A stretch of 61,920 nt of DNA, from contig NC_068991.1 of the NCBI RefSeq assembly GCF_001194135.2, forward strand, positions 58,952,427 to 59,014,346, given 5' to 3'. Both the position numbers and the translations under genes were made by a program. Positions 25,897-37,532 of this stretch are shown one piece after another; position 1 is the first letter of the stretch; each line of letters begins with the position of its first letter. Source of the stretch: Octopus bimaculoides (Eukaryota). Under the pieces are notes generated by a model. The model had not been told where the DNA came from. It made no database searches and saw nothing but the letters and a program-made list of their open reading frames with translations.

Positions 25897-26638
25897 ATTT
25901 GGGGATGGTCATGTTGCCAGTTTAGCCAATAAAAACACACGCACTATATATTTAGTGTTCACTTGCTTCAGCTTTATTTTATATTAATTGTATTTCGGCC
26001 AGAATTCTTTCGTCACACTTCTGTGACCTCATCATTCGTCCTTTGCTTTCTTCTTTCTTTTATGTGTCTCTCCTTACTAATGGTCTGCCATTTTGTATTC
26101 CTATTGTATGTGTCTTTATTTGCGCATGGGTATATCCTTGTATGTCTATGTTTAGTAAGGGGGGGGGGTGCCTGCATTATCAGTATCCTCTGTTTATACA
26201 CGTTCATTTAATTTACTTTTATTTATTTTATTCAATTGTATATATCTACTTACTTTTCCTTTTCTTTCTATTTTTTTTTATTAATTTAATTTAATTTAAT
26301 TTAATTTGTTTATGTATATAGTTATTTAATTCTATTTATTTATCTGTGAATTGTATTATATTCATATTATTTACAGTTTATGGGGATCTTATTCTGTCAT
26401 AGGTTGTGGTGTGTTGGGGGTGTGCGCAAATGTTCCATTCTAGCTTTCCATTCAAACTAGGTTTATCTTCTGTTATGTGTGTAGCTTCCGTAATTTATTT
26501 AAGTGTTGCGTCTGTTCTATGTGTGGACAAGATTTTACGCCGAGCAGGAACACGGAGGCTCACTCAACAACAAAAAAGTTAAAATACATAGTGCGTGTAT
26601 TTTTATTGGCTAAACTGGCAACATGACCATCCCCAAAT
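25897..26638 (-). mobile_element. Penelope-like element 3' remnant with inverted terminal copy
   Basis: 57-bp inverted repeat 25897-25953 / 26582-26638 with 2 mismatches. Minus strand near 26500-26430 has a decayed GIY-YIG C-terminal motif (EDKPSLNGKLEW, like EAxxIxxxxPxLN). Hammerhead-like motif at 26008-26035. Confidence 0.65.
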
Positions 26639-27384
26639 GGAACACAATCTACTTCAACACACGAATTCACATCAAGAATTTTGTAAAACGAATATATAGA
26701 CGTAATATATATATGTATATTCTTTTATTNNNNNNNNNNNNNNNNNNNNNNNNNNNNNNNNNNNNNNNNNNNNNNNNNNNNNNNNNNNNNNNNNNNNNNN
26801 NNNNNNNNNNNNNNNNNNNNNNNNNNNNNNNNNNNNNNNNNNNNNNNNNNNNNNNNNNNNNNNNNNNNNNNNNNNNNNNNNNNNNNNNNNNNNNNNNNNN
26901 NNNNNNNNNNNNNNNNNNNNNNNNNNNNNNNNNNNNNNNNNNNNNNNNNNNNNNNNNNNNNNNNNNNNNNNNNNNNNNNNNNNNNNNNNNNNNNNNNNNN
27001 NNNNNNNNNNNNNNNNNNNNNNNNNNNNNNNNNNNNNNNNNNNNNNNNNNNNNNNNNNNNNNNNNNNNNNNNNNNNNNNNNNNNNNNNNNNNNNNNNNNN
27101 NNNNNNNNNNNNNNNNNNNNNNNNNNNNNNNNNNNNNNNNNNNNNNNNNNNNNNNNNNNNNNNNNNNNNNNNNNNNNNNNNNNNNNNNNNNNNNNNNNNN
27201 NNNNNNNNNNNNNNNNNNNNNNNNNNNNNNNNNNNNNNNNNNNNNNNNNNNNNNNNNNNNNNNNNNNNNNNNNNNNNNNNNNNNNNNNNNNNNNNNNNNN
27301 NNNNNNNNNNNNNNNNNNNNNNNNNNNNNNNNNNNNNNNNNNNNNNNNNNNNNNNNNTGTTTATATATATATATGTATGTATAA

Positions 27385-27502
27385 ACATGGCTCTGGGTTC
27401 AGTGCTACTGCATGGCAGCTTCGGCAAGTGCCTTCTACTAATTTCTCGGGCTCACTAAAGCCTTGTTAGTGTACTTGGTAGACGCACACTGAATGAAGCC
27501 AG

Positions 27503-27553
<51 letters not shown>

Positions 27554-27710
27554 TATGTGTGTGTGTGTGTGTGTGTATGTCGGTGTTTGTTCCGCACCAC
27601 CTTTATGGTGCAGCAAAACAGACTGACGTAACAAGTACCAGGCTTTAAAAAGAAAAGTCGATTCCTTCCACTAAAATTCTTCCAAAGCGGTGCCCCAGGA
27701 TCACCGTAGC
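27385..27710 (+). mobile_element. SINE family A, degenerate, with expanded internal (GT)n
   Basis: CATGGCTCTGGGTTCAGT...GGCAAGTGCCTTCTACTA...GAAGCCAGTCG(TG)n followed by tail remnants. Confidence 0.7.
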
Positions 27711-28179
27711 TTAATTCAGTGAAAAAAGTTGATTTTAATTTAAAAGATACCCTTCAAGAAGCGGCCTACAATTCAATCGCAAAGTGCAACGCAAATTTTA
27801 AATGCATTCTTAACTATGATGTATATAAATATAATAACATAGAAATGAGGTCGGTTGAAGAACAGTGCTGGAGTGTATTTTTTGCCTCTTGACTCGACGA
27901 GTCAACATATATATATATATCCTACTTTTATCTTTAGAATCACTCTGTTGGGACTATAACCAAATCTAAGTTTGTATCTCCTACGTACAAATACGCACAC
28001 ACATATACACACTCACAAACACGCCTGTACATATAAACAGATATTCACACGGACTACACACACGCGCTTATACGCACAACGACACACACACATACAAATA
28101 TAACACACAAGCACACACATATATCATATATATATATGTGTGTATTATGTATATATATATATATATTTATATATTTACA

Positions 28180-28221
<42 letters not shown>

Positions 28222-28993
28222 CGGAGATGCACTTGCATAGCAAGTGACCTGATCTGAGATCGTGTGCTGGAACGAAAACAATTGCAGCGTCGAAGGTGTT
28301 TATAAGCCATTTAAAATAACACACACAATCCGTNNNNNNNNNNNNNNNNNNNNNNNNNNNNNNNNNNNNNNNNNNNNNNNNNNNNNNNNNNNNNNNNNNN
28401 NNNNNNNNNNNNNNNNNNNNNNNNNNNNNNNNNNNNNNNNNNNNNNNNNNNNNNNNNNNNNNNNNNNNNNNNNNNNNNNNNNNNNNNNNNNNNNNNNNNN
28501 NNNNNNNNNNNNNNNNNNNNNNNNNNNNNNNNNNNNNNTATATATATATATATATATATATATGTTCATCAATATAAGATTTCCAAAAATGGTTTCAGGC
28601 GATATATAACCCTGGTGGTTAATGAGTTAACTCTTAGACTGGTTCTCAATGCCGGCCAGTCACAGCGAATGTTGATGATACTCAAGTTAGTGAAAATTTA
28701 CTAGACCCGGTTGTTATCGTCGCTTGATAAATCCGAATGTCCTTATGAGGGCTACATAGTGTCTGTAGAGAAGATTATGAAACAAATGAAGACCAAGAGA
28801 ACGTTGATTTGCACATCCATATTTTATTATACAATTATTTGCATCATTCTTCACTTGGACCTACGCACTTTTCGGGTGTATGTATACATGCATACATACA
28901 TGTTATGATGGGCAAATTGCCCCCTTTTTATATTTTTAATTTTGCGCATGCCCATTGTATTTGTCGACTACACAGTATAGTAGGGTCAGTAAC

Positions 28994-29735
28994 ATGAGGT
29001 AATTCACTCTGCCAGATATTTGGAAACGACATGCTGTACTGCTTGGCATTCACGCTGGAAGGTCCAATACGAACATTTAAGAGTGTTTGGATGTCAATTT
29101 GAGGACAGCGCATGTACTGGGAGTGATAAAAATCAAACATCCAGTCAACTTCATATGTGTTTGGAGTGGTCACTAGTGATGGCGACGTTGTGCATCCATT
29201 CAACTTCCCACACTGACTCAGACACAACACGGAGGCCTACATCAAGTGCCTAGAGGAGGTAGTACTGCTCTGGGTCAAGAGGGTGACTACTGAAAGATCC
29301 TACTCTGGCAAGAGGACTCTGCACCATGCCCCACAAGCGAGAGAACCCAGTCATGGCTGTCAGACAATTTCTGCGACAATATCACCCCTAGCATCTGGCC
29401 ACCTCCCTCCCCAGACTGCAACGCCCTTGATTATTATGTGTGGGGTGCAGTCGAGCGAGAGACCAACCAAACTCCTTGTAAGACCAAAGATGAACCGGGG
29501 GACTATGGCAGCATTCACCAACTTCAACAAGGAGACTGTCCAGAAGAGTTGAGGGAAATTCCGAAGTCGTCTGGAGGCCGTGGTTGAAGCGAATAGAGAT
29601 TTTATTGAATAAATTTGCTCTTTAGTATTTCAAGATATTTTTATTTAATGTCGGTAAATATAACTGTTAAAATGAGATGTCAGAGTTATTTTCATTTTTG
29701 CATAATTTAGATGACAGTTTATTTACCACACCCTG
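28994..29735 (+). mobile_element. Internally deleted DD37D (maT-family) Tc1/mariner transposon
   Basis: N-terminal KRHAVLLGIHAGRSNTNI*ECLDVNLRT joined to catalytic WQEDSAPCPTSERTQSWLSDNFCDNITPSIWPPPSPDCNALDYYVWGAVERE. D at 29315 and D at 29429 are separated by 37 residues. Right end CACCCTG followed by TA. Confidence 0.9.
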
Positions 29736-30187
29736 TACATACATACATACTCACATATGTGTGTGTGTGCGTGTGTGTCTGTGTGTGTCTGTGTGTGTCT
29801 GTGTGNNNNNNNNNNNNNNNNNNNNNNNNNNNNNNNNNNNNNNNNNNNNNNNNNNNNNNNNNNNNNNNNNNNNNNNNNNNNNNNNNNNNNNNNNNNNNNN
29901 NNNNNNNNNNNNNNNNNNNNNNNNNNNNNNNNNNNNNNNNNNNNNNNNNNNNNNNNNNNNNNNNNNNNNNNNNNNNNNNNNNNNNNNNNNNNNNNNNNNN
30001 NNNNNNNNNNNNNNNNNNNNNNNNNNNNNNNNNNNNNNNNNNNNNNNNNNNNNNNNNNNNNNNNNNNNNNNNNNNNNNNNNNNNNNNNNNNNNNNNNNNN
30101 NNNNNNNNNNNNNNNNNNNNNNNNNNNNNNNNNNNNNNNNNNNNNNNNNNNNNNNNNNNNNNNNNNNNNNNNNNNNNNNNNNNNNNN

Positions 30188-30238
<51 letters not shown>

Positions 30239-30408
30239 TATACACATATATATATATTAGATACACATGCACACACACATATAGGTATAGATGCACATAT
30301 ATATATATATGCGTCTATATTAGTATCTAAGTATATTTCTATGTATACAAACGTTGTACTTGTAAAAACATTACCGTATGCGTGTGTCTGTCTGCATGCA
30401 TGTATATG

Positions 30409-30442
<34 letters not shown>

Positions 30443-30496
30443 CACACAAATATATGTATATATATGTATTTCTTTTACTTTTTTCCACTCAATTGA

Positions 30497-30859
30497 CCAC
30501 CTTGAAGGGTTTTAGTCGAACAAATCTACTGCAGTACTTATTTTAATGTTTACTACTTATTCTATCATTCTCCTTTTGCAGCACCGCTAAGTTACGGGGA
30601 CGGACACACACAAACACCGGTTGTCAAGCGGTCGTGAGGTACAATTACAGGTAAAAAGACACACACATAGAAATACATGTATAGATATATACAAGACAGG
30701 CTTCTTTTAATTTCCGTCTGCCAAATCGTCGCACAAGGCTTTTATTCGCTCGAGGCACTCGTAGAAGATACTTGACGAAGGTGCCACGCAGCGGGACTGA
30801 ACCCGGAAATATGTGGTTGGGAAGCTAACTTCTTACCACACAACCACTCCTTTGCCTAT
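30497..30859 (-). mobile_element. SINE family A, full length
   Basis: Head, CORE-like region, internal microsatellite and tail collinear with other copies. Confidence 0.85.
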
Positions 30860-30904
30860 TCATAACTAAATATATTTATGCGTATTTATGAGGTAGACGT
30901 GGTA

Positions 30905-31108
30905 ATCAACCTGCATCAACTTGCTATAAAAGCAGGTAGTAAATTTACCTTGGGTAAATGGGTTCTCTATAAAAATGTCATGCGCCGAAGACAGTGGGTA
31001 GGGAAAGGAGAAACACCAGGAACCCAGGCTAAAGAAGGTCTTCGCCCACTTAAGGTGTTGTTATCTGTTCCATGGGATATGAAAGGTTTAGTCCACTTTG
31101 AACTTTTA
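30905..31108 (+). pseudogene. Mariner transposase fragment with in-frame internal deletion
   Basis: LHQLAIKAGSKFTLGKWV joined to LYKNVMRRRQW...KEGLRPLKVLLSVPWDMKGLVHFELL, matching mariner HPKKxxLSVWWDxKGxxHxELL. Confidence 0.85.
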
Positions 31109-32212
31109 ACTCCAGCATGGCCGCAACCAGATGACTGAAACAAGTAAAGGAATACAAGAATATACATACATACATACACGCACGTGCATATGGTGATATG
31201 TAAGTAAAGGACTTACCCATCATCATATGCAAACATCAATTCGACAAACTTCCTACTGCCCCCTTCTGCAGCCAATAAGAAAGCCACCACTAGCACTAGC
31301 CACTATCATCACCAGCAACAATAATACCACCAATTCCACCAGCACCACGAAAATCCACCACCACCACAACCACTAATCAGTAGCACCCCATAAGCCTTTA
31401 CTNNNNNNNNNNNNNNNNNNNNNNNNNNNNNNNNNNNNNNNNNNNNNNNNNNNNNNNNNNNNNNNNNNNNNNNNNNNNNNNNNNNNNNNNNNNNNNNNNN
31501 NNNNNNNNNNNNNNNNNNNNNNNNNNNNNNNNNNNNNNNNNNNNNNNNNNNNNNNNNNNNNNNNNNNNNNNNNNNNNNNNNNNNNNNNNNNNNNNNNNNN
31601 NNNNNNNNNNNNNNNNNNNNNNNNNNNNNNNNNNNNNNNNNNNNNNNNNNNNNNNNNNNNNNNNNNNNNNNNNNNNNNNNNNNNNNNNNNNNNNNNNNNN
31701 NNNNNNNNNNNNNNNNNNNNNNNNNNNNNNNNNNNNNNNNNNNNNNNNNNNNNNNNNNNNNNNNNNNNNNNNNNNNNNNNNNNNNNNNNNNNNNNNNNNN
31801 NNNNNNNNNNNNNNNNNNNNNNNNNNNNNNNNNNNNNNNNNNNNNNNNNNNNNNNNNNNNNNNNNNNNNNNNNNNNNNNNNNNNNNNNNNNNNNNNNNNN
31901 NNNNNNNNNNNNNNNNNNNNNNNNNNNNNNNNNNNNNNNNNNNNNNNNNNNNNNNNNNNNNNNNNNNNNNNNNNNNNNNNNNNNNNNNNNNNNNNNNNNN
32001 NNNNNNNNNNNGATGGTGGTAGGGTAGGGGTTGGGGTTGGGGTGGACGGAATTTATTATGCACTTATTAACCTCGTGCGTTTCGCATATTCCCCTTCTCT
32101 TCGTTCCTCTCTCGTCTCGTCGACGTTGTAATTTTCTTACTGACTTCTCTTTCAAACCGATTCGCTTTTTCCTTGCTCCCACTCTCGCTTTCTTACTTTC
32201 TTTCTTTCTCTG

Positions 32213-32250
<38 letters not shown>

Positions 32251-32481
32251 GCTCTTACTCACTCGGTCTCTCCTGTCTCTGTCTGATTCTGTTACTCTCT
32301 CTGTGTCTCTCTCTATCTTTCTCTACCTCTCCCCTTCTATCTTTCTCTACCTCTCCCCTTCTATCTCTCTCTCTTTCAATCTCTTCTACTTCTGTCATCA
32401 CTTCCCCCTCCACTCATTCATCAGTTATCAACAAGCATCATCAATGCCACCGTCGTCTACGTCGTCGCCGTCATCATCATC

Positions 32482-32513
<32 letters not shown>

Positions 32514-32938
32514 CATCATCAGTAGCAAGGCAATTATAATCACAGAACAAGAATGCAAGTTCGTATAAGTGCATATNNNNNNNNNNNNNNNNNNNNNNNN
32601 NNNNNNNNNNNNNNNNNNNNNNNNNNNNNNNNNNNNNNNNNNNNNNNNNNNNNNNNNNNNNNNNNNNNNNNNNNNNNNNNNNNNNNNNNNNNNNNNNNNN
32701 NNNNNNNNNNNNNNNNNNNNNNNNNNNNNNNNNNNNNNNNNNNNNNNNNNNNNNNNNNNNNNNNNNNNNNNNNNNNNNNNNNNNNNNNNNNNNNNNNNNN
32801 NNNNNNNNNNNNNNNNNNNNNNNNNNNNNNNNNNNNNNNNNNNNNNNNNNNNNNNNNNNNNNNNNNNNNNNNNNNNNNNNNNNNNNNNNNNNNNNNNNNN
32901 NNNNNNNNNNNNNNNNNNNATGTATATATGCATCATAA

Positions 32939-32972
<34 letters not shown>

Positions 32973-33058
32973 CTTTTATATGTGTATGTATATATGTATG
33001 TATATATATATATACATACATATACATATATATATGTATATATATATGTATATATATA

Positions 33059-33112
<54 letters not shown>

Positions 33113-33366
33113 CGCACAAACACACAAAATGCATATGTACAAACTCACATACACAAACTCATATACAAACATAGCGTACGTACCGTCGTTTCATGACAAC
33201 TTCAAAAGAAAGCCTGTTACTTCGTTTACATTTCTTCGTTGTGATTCTTTGTTTCTCACTTGATTGCTCGGCAGAGATAAGTTGGTGTAGATACGACAGT
33301 TCATTGACTCAATATTGCACTAACTAATTGCAAATAATCGACAATCTCACAGTGCTGCAATCTCGA

Positions 33367-33512
33367 GCCATCTTTTGGTTAATTTCCGCCATTTTAGCAC
33401 CCGCTACGTTATTTCAAGGAGACTTCTGTGGTATAAAAACTTGACCAATCCGTTTCCAATTTACGTTTTTGGTGGCATAAGAGACGCATGGGTTTATAGG
33501 ACATCGCCCAAT
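33367..33512 (-). promoter_or_regulatory. Candidate promoter / first-exon region
   Basis: YY1-like AAAATGGCGG (33395-33386) and AAGATGGC (33374-33367), CCAAT at 33445, 33456 and 33508, inside an unusually repeat-free stretch. Motif matches only. Confidence 0.25.
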
Positions 33513-34135
33513 TTCAGATGCGCGTGCTTATGACATCCTATCAGAGGTGATGACAGTGTCAATCGGAGACGTTCACCCTCCACCGTTTCCAACACATTTT
33601 TTCTCATGGGAGTGGGTGTGATTGATGAGACTGATACAAGATACTCAAATCTGGTGGCACTAAGAGCACTAAAAGTGACCCCAAACGACAGCTACAAAGG
33701 GTTTGATTACGATGTCTCTTCCTCTCTTCATGCAGTCTCTGGTCGGTTTCAAAGCTCTCTACTCCAGCGTCACACACTGATTTCCATACCTTCCAGTTAA
33801 CAATGAATGGGTCCAACCGATTGGAAGGGATGCCGCATATAATGAAAAAGAAAGAAAACCAAGTGCTTATTCAGTATAAAAAGGCTTTTAGTGCATTAAA
33901 GCTTACGGCTAGCCCAACTTCGCATACAGGAACCGGTGTAAAAACGTCAACGTAAATCTGTTCCCCTCATCCACTATTTCGAGTTACCTCTCTTTAATTT
34001 AAAATTGATTTCATATTACCCTCGTGGATAGACTGCATGCCATTTCACATGACCTCTGCACTGTTCTCATTAATTTCTCTCTGATTCCGTTAAAATGGTA
34101 GATTCTAACGCTTACAACCCATAATACGTTTATAA

Positions 34136-34413
34136 TAGTGTTTTCCGAACATTTTCAAGCTGCCACCCCCTGGCACCCAATTCACACTGCTAGCGTCCCC
34201 TCTCACCTTCACAAACAGACCACTTTCTGAAGCAAATTCAAAACAACTATTTATTTCACAATTAAAACTTAACCTAATTAACCCATTACTTTGTTGTTTT
34301 TACATCCGTCGCCCCCGATTTCGCCACCCCATCAGTGCCCCACTTTTCTTCAGCGCCCACTGGATCCCTCCACCTCCACTAGAGGGACTGTACAGTCCAC
34401 TTCGGAACAACTG
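34136..34413. mobile_element. hAT (Charlie-type) MITE (278 bp)
   Basis: TIRs TAGTGTTTTCCGAAC / CTTCGGAACAACTG; 8-bp TSD GTTTATAA / ATTTATAG (6/8). Confidence 0.7.
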
Positions 34414-35475
34414 ATTTATAGCATTAAATGCGTGTAACATTCAAGATTGAAGTCAGTCTTAAAATGTGGAAATGATAAAAAACAATATTGTATTTTTAAA
34501 CATCCCTAAATATTTTTATGAAGCCTTTAAAAAAATATTTTGCTAAAGAAAATTAATGATTCTAATGAAGGTATAATGATTCTTTCATTTGCAACCACAA
34601 CAATGAATATTTGGGGAAAGATTTGAATAGGGTAATTTCTAGGGTGGGAAAGGAAATCGATTTGGAATTACCACCGGAAGTAATTTGAAATTGATTTCAT
34701 TCTACTCCCTGGTAATCTGAACGCGATCTCATGTCACCTGGACGTAAGTTTGATGCTGGGGGGGGGGGNNNNNNNNNNNNNNNNNNNNNNNNNNNNNNNN
34801 NNNNNNNNNNNNNNNNNNNNNNNNNNNNNNNNNNNNNNNNNNNNNNNNNNNNNNNNNNNNNNNNNNNNNNNNNNNNNNNNNNNNNNNNNNNNNNNNNNNN
34901 NNNNNNNNNNNNNNNNNNNNNNNNNNNNNNNNNNNNNNNNNNNNNNNNNNNNNNNNNNNNNNNNNNNNNNNNNNNNNNNNNNNNNNNNNNNNNNNNNNNN
35001 NNNNNNNNNNNNNNNNNNNNNNNNNNNNNNNNNNNNNNNNNNNNNNNNNNNNNNNNNNNNNNNNNNNNNNNNNNNNNNNNNNNNNNNNNNNNNNNNNNNN
35101 NNNNNNNNNNNNNNNNNNNNNNNNNNNNNNNNNNNNNNNNNNNNNNNNNNNNNNNNNNNNNNNNNNNNNNNNNNNNNNNNNNNNNNNNNNNNNNNNNNNN
35201 NNNNNNNNNNNNNNNNNNNNNNNNNNNNNNNNNNNNNNNNNNNNNNNNNNNNNNNNNNNNNNNNNNNNNNNNNNNNNNNNNNNNNNNNNNNNNNNNNNNN
35301 NNNNNNNNNNNNNNNNNNNNNNNNNNNNNNNNNNCTCTGCCTGCATCTCTCTCTCTCTCTCTCTCGTTTCTATATCCAAGGGATTCTGCCACGTGGAGAA
35401 TGAGAGCGGTGTGTGAGAGTGTCTGTCGTCTGCTAGTGTCTAACTAAAACAAAAATCGAAATCACGGAACGCGTT

Positions 35476-35788
35476 TATTATGTGTGGGACGTAGTTGAGC
35501 GAGAGACCAACCAAACTCCTTGTAGCACCAAAGATGAACCGAAGGCAAGAATTATGGAAGCATTCAACAACTTCAACAAGGAAACTGTCCAGAAGAATTA
35601 CAGTAGATTCCGAAGTCGTCTGGAGGCTGTGGCTGAAGCCAATGGCGATTTTATTGAATAAATTTACTCTTTAGTATTTCAAGATATGTTTTATCTAATT
35701 TTGGTATATATATATCTGTTAAAATGAGACGTCAAGGTTATTTTCGTTTTGTGCGTAATTTAGACGACAACATATTCACCGCACCCTG
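35476..35788 (+). mobile_element. 3' fragment of the same maT element as 28994-29735
   Basis: YYVWDVVERETNQTPCSTKDE...FRSRLEAVAEANGDFIE*, the same 3' UTR and terminus CACCGCACCCTG. Confidence 0.9.
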
Positions 35789-35806
35789 CATATATACATG
35801 TATGTA

Positions 35807-35985
35807 TGGTTTAGTTGTTAGGGTGTGGCACTTATGATCGTAAGATTGCGTTTCCGATTCCTCGACTGGGCCGTACTTTGGCTTCCTGACCAAAACCTAA
35901 CATTTCATGTTGCTCCAGTCCCCACAGCTGTTAAAAATAAGCAATCTTGTGACGGACCGGCATTCCGCATAAAATGGGAATATAT
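35807..35985 (+). mobile_element. SINE family C head/body with tail Z-like segment, degenerate
   Basis: TGGTTTAGTTGTTAGG head, CATGTTGCTCCAGTCCCCACAGCTG body, then GACGGACCGGCATTCCG. Confidence 0.55.
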
Positions 35986-36510
35986 TCTCAAAGCTATGTA
36001 TTTGTGTCACATCCTATAGCTTTCTCGGAGACTGGCTTCTCGGAAACTGCGTGTGCAGTGACTCTTAAAAGAGAAACAGCTAATGACGGTTATTATGTAA
36101 CACCAGTTCTTTTATTCATTCCCTAATTGTGTTTGTATGTGTGTGCGCATGCGCACACGTGTGTCTGTTGTCCAATAAGTCCGTCGTTTTAGTTTAGGTT
36201 ATGAAATACCGCGTTTTGTAAGAACAAAAGGCAGAGGTGTGTGTGGTGTGTACAAGAGGAGACACTGAGCCGAGATTACGTTATATACGCGAAATGGGTT
36301 TACGTTGAGAAAGATATTGTAGTAAAAGTAAAGGGAGAAGTCTTAAGAAGATGACGGTTCGATAGATCGATTAACAATGGTAAGATTAACGACGGTTCAA
36401 CTTTTCTTTAAAGATAATTGACTTTTTTCTGTTGTTTCATCTTCCTCTGTATCTTCCACCTCTTTTAAGTTTTGTATTGAGACAATATATAATATATACA
36501 CATGTATGTA

Positions 36511-36561
<51 letters not shown>

Positions 36562-36879
36562 TGTGTGCGTACGTATATAAATGTATAAATACGTACATAC
36601 GCATATATGTATAAATATTTACAAACGTATATATAAGTATATGTATATACATGGAAATATACATACATACACACACATACACACACACATATATATACAA
36701 TATATATACATACTTATTTCTATCTATGTGTAATATATATATAAAGATATATATTTGTGTGTGTGTATATATGTATATGTTTATATATATGTATATTTAT
36801 ATATAAATTATAGATATATATAAATTATATACATATATAATTTATATATATATATACATATATATAATTTATATATATA

Positions 36880-36988
<109 letters not shown>

Positions 36989-37495
36989 CCATATACACAC
37001 ACACATATATCTATAAATATAATACACAGAGAGGGATATATATGCATGTATATTGTATGTATGTGTGTGTGCGCGTGTGCGCGCGTGTTTATAAATCGTT
37101 AATGTCTCTGTATATGTGTGTATTACTATTTTTCCAAGGTTGTAAGCAATCAGAATCGTTAAAACTTCGGGCAAAAATATATTACACAGTATTTATGGCA
37201 GCTCTTCGCGTTCTGAGTTCAAATATTGCTCAGGTCAAACTTTGCTTGTCATCTCTCCGGCGGTCTATAAAATAAGGCACCTTTACTGGAATCGATGATA
37301 TCAACTGGACAATACCTGAAATTTGTTCACCTTTTATCTGTATCAGAAGCCATTCTTTTTATTTATTTATTTATTTTTTTTTTTTCAGTTTCCTCATCTT
37401 CATTGTCGCCATCACTACATGTTTTGCGCTGAAAACGTGATNNNNNNNNNNNNNNNNNNNNNNNNNNNNNNNNNNNNNNNNNNNNNNNNNNNNNN

Positions 37496-37532
<37 letters not shown>

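Noticed and set aside
33736-33950. 72-codon plus-strand frame after TCTCTTCATGCAG
   Set aside because: No homology or compositional support; it overlaps equally long frames on the other strand.
34674-34749. ETS-like CCGGAAGT plus GAC|GTAAGT donor as a divergent promoter partner
   Set aside because: Single short motifs expected by chance in 62 kb; no supporting exon.
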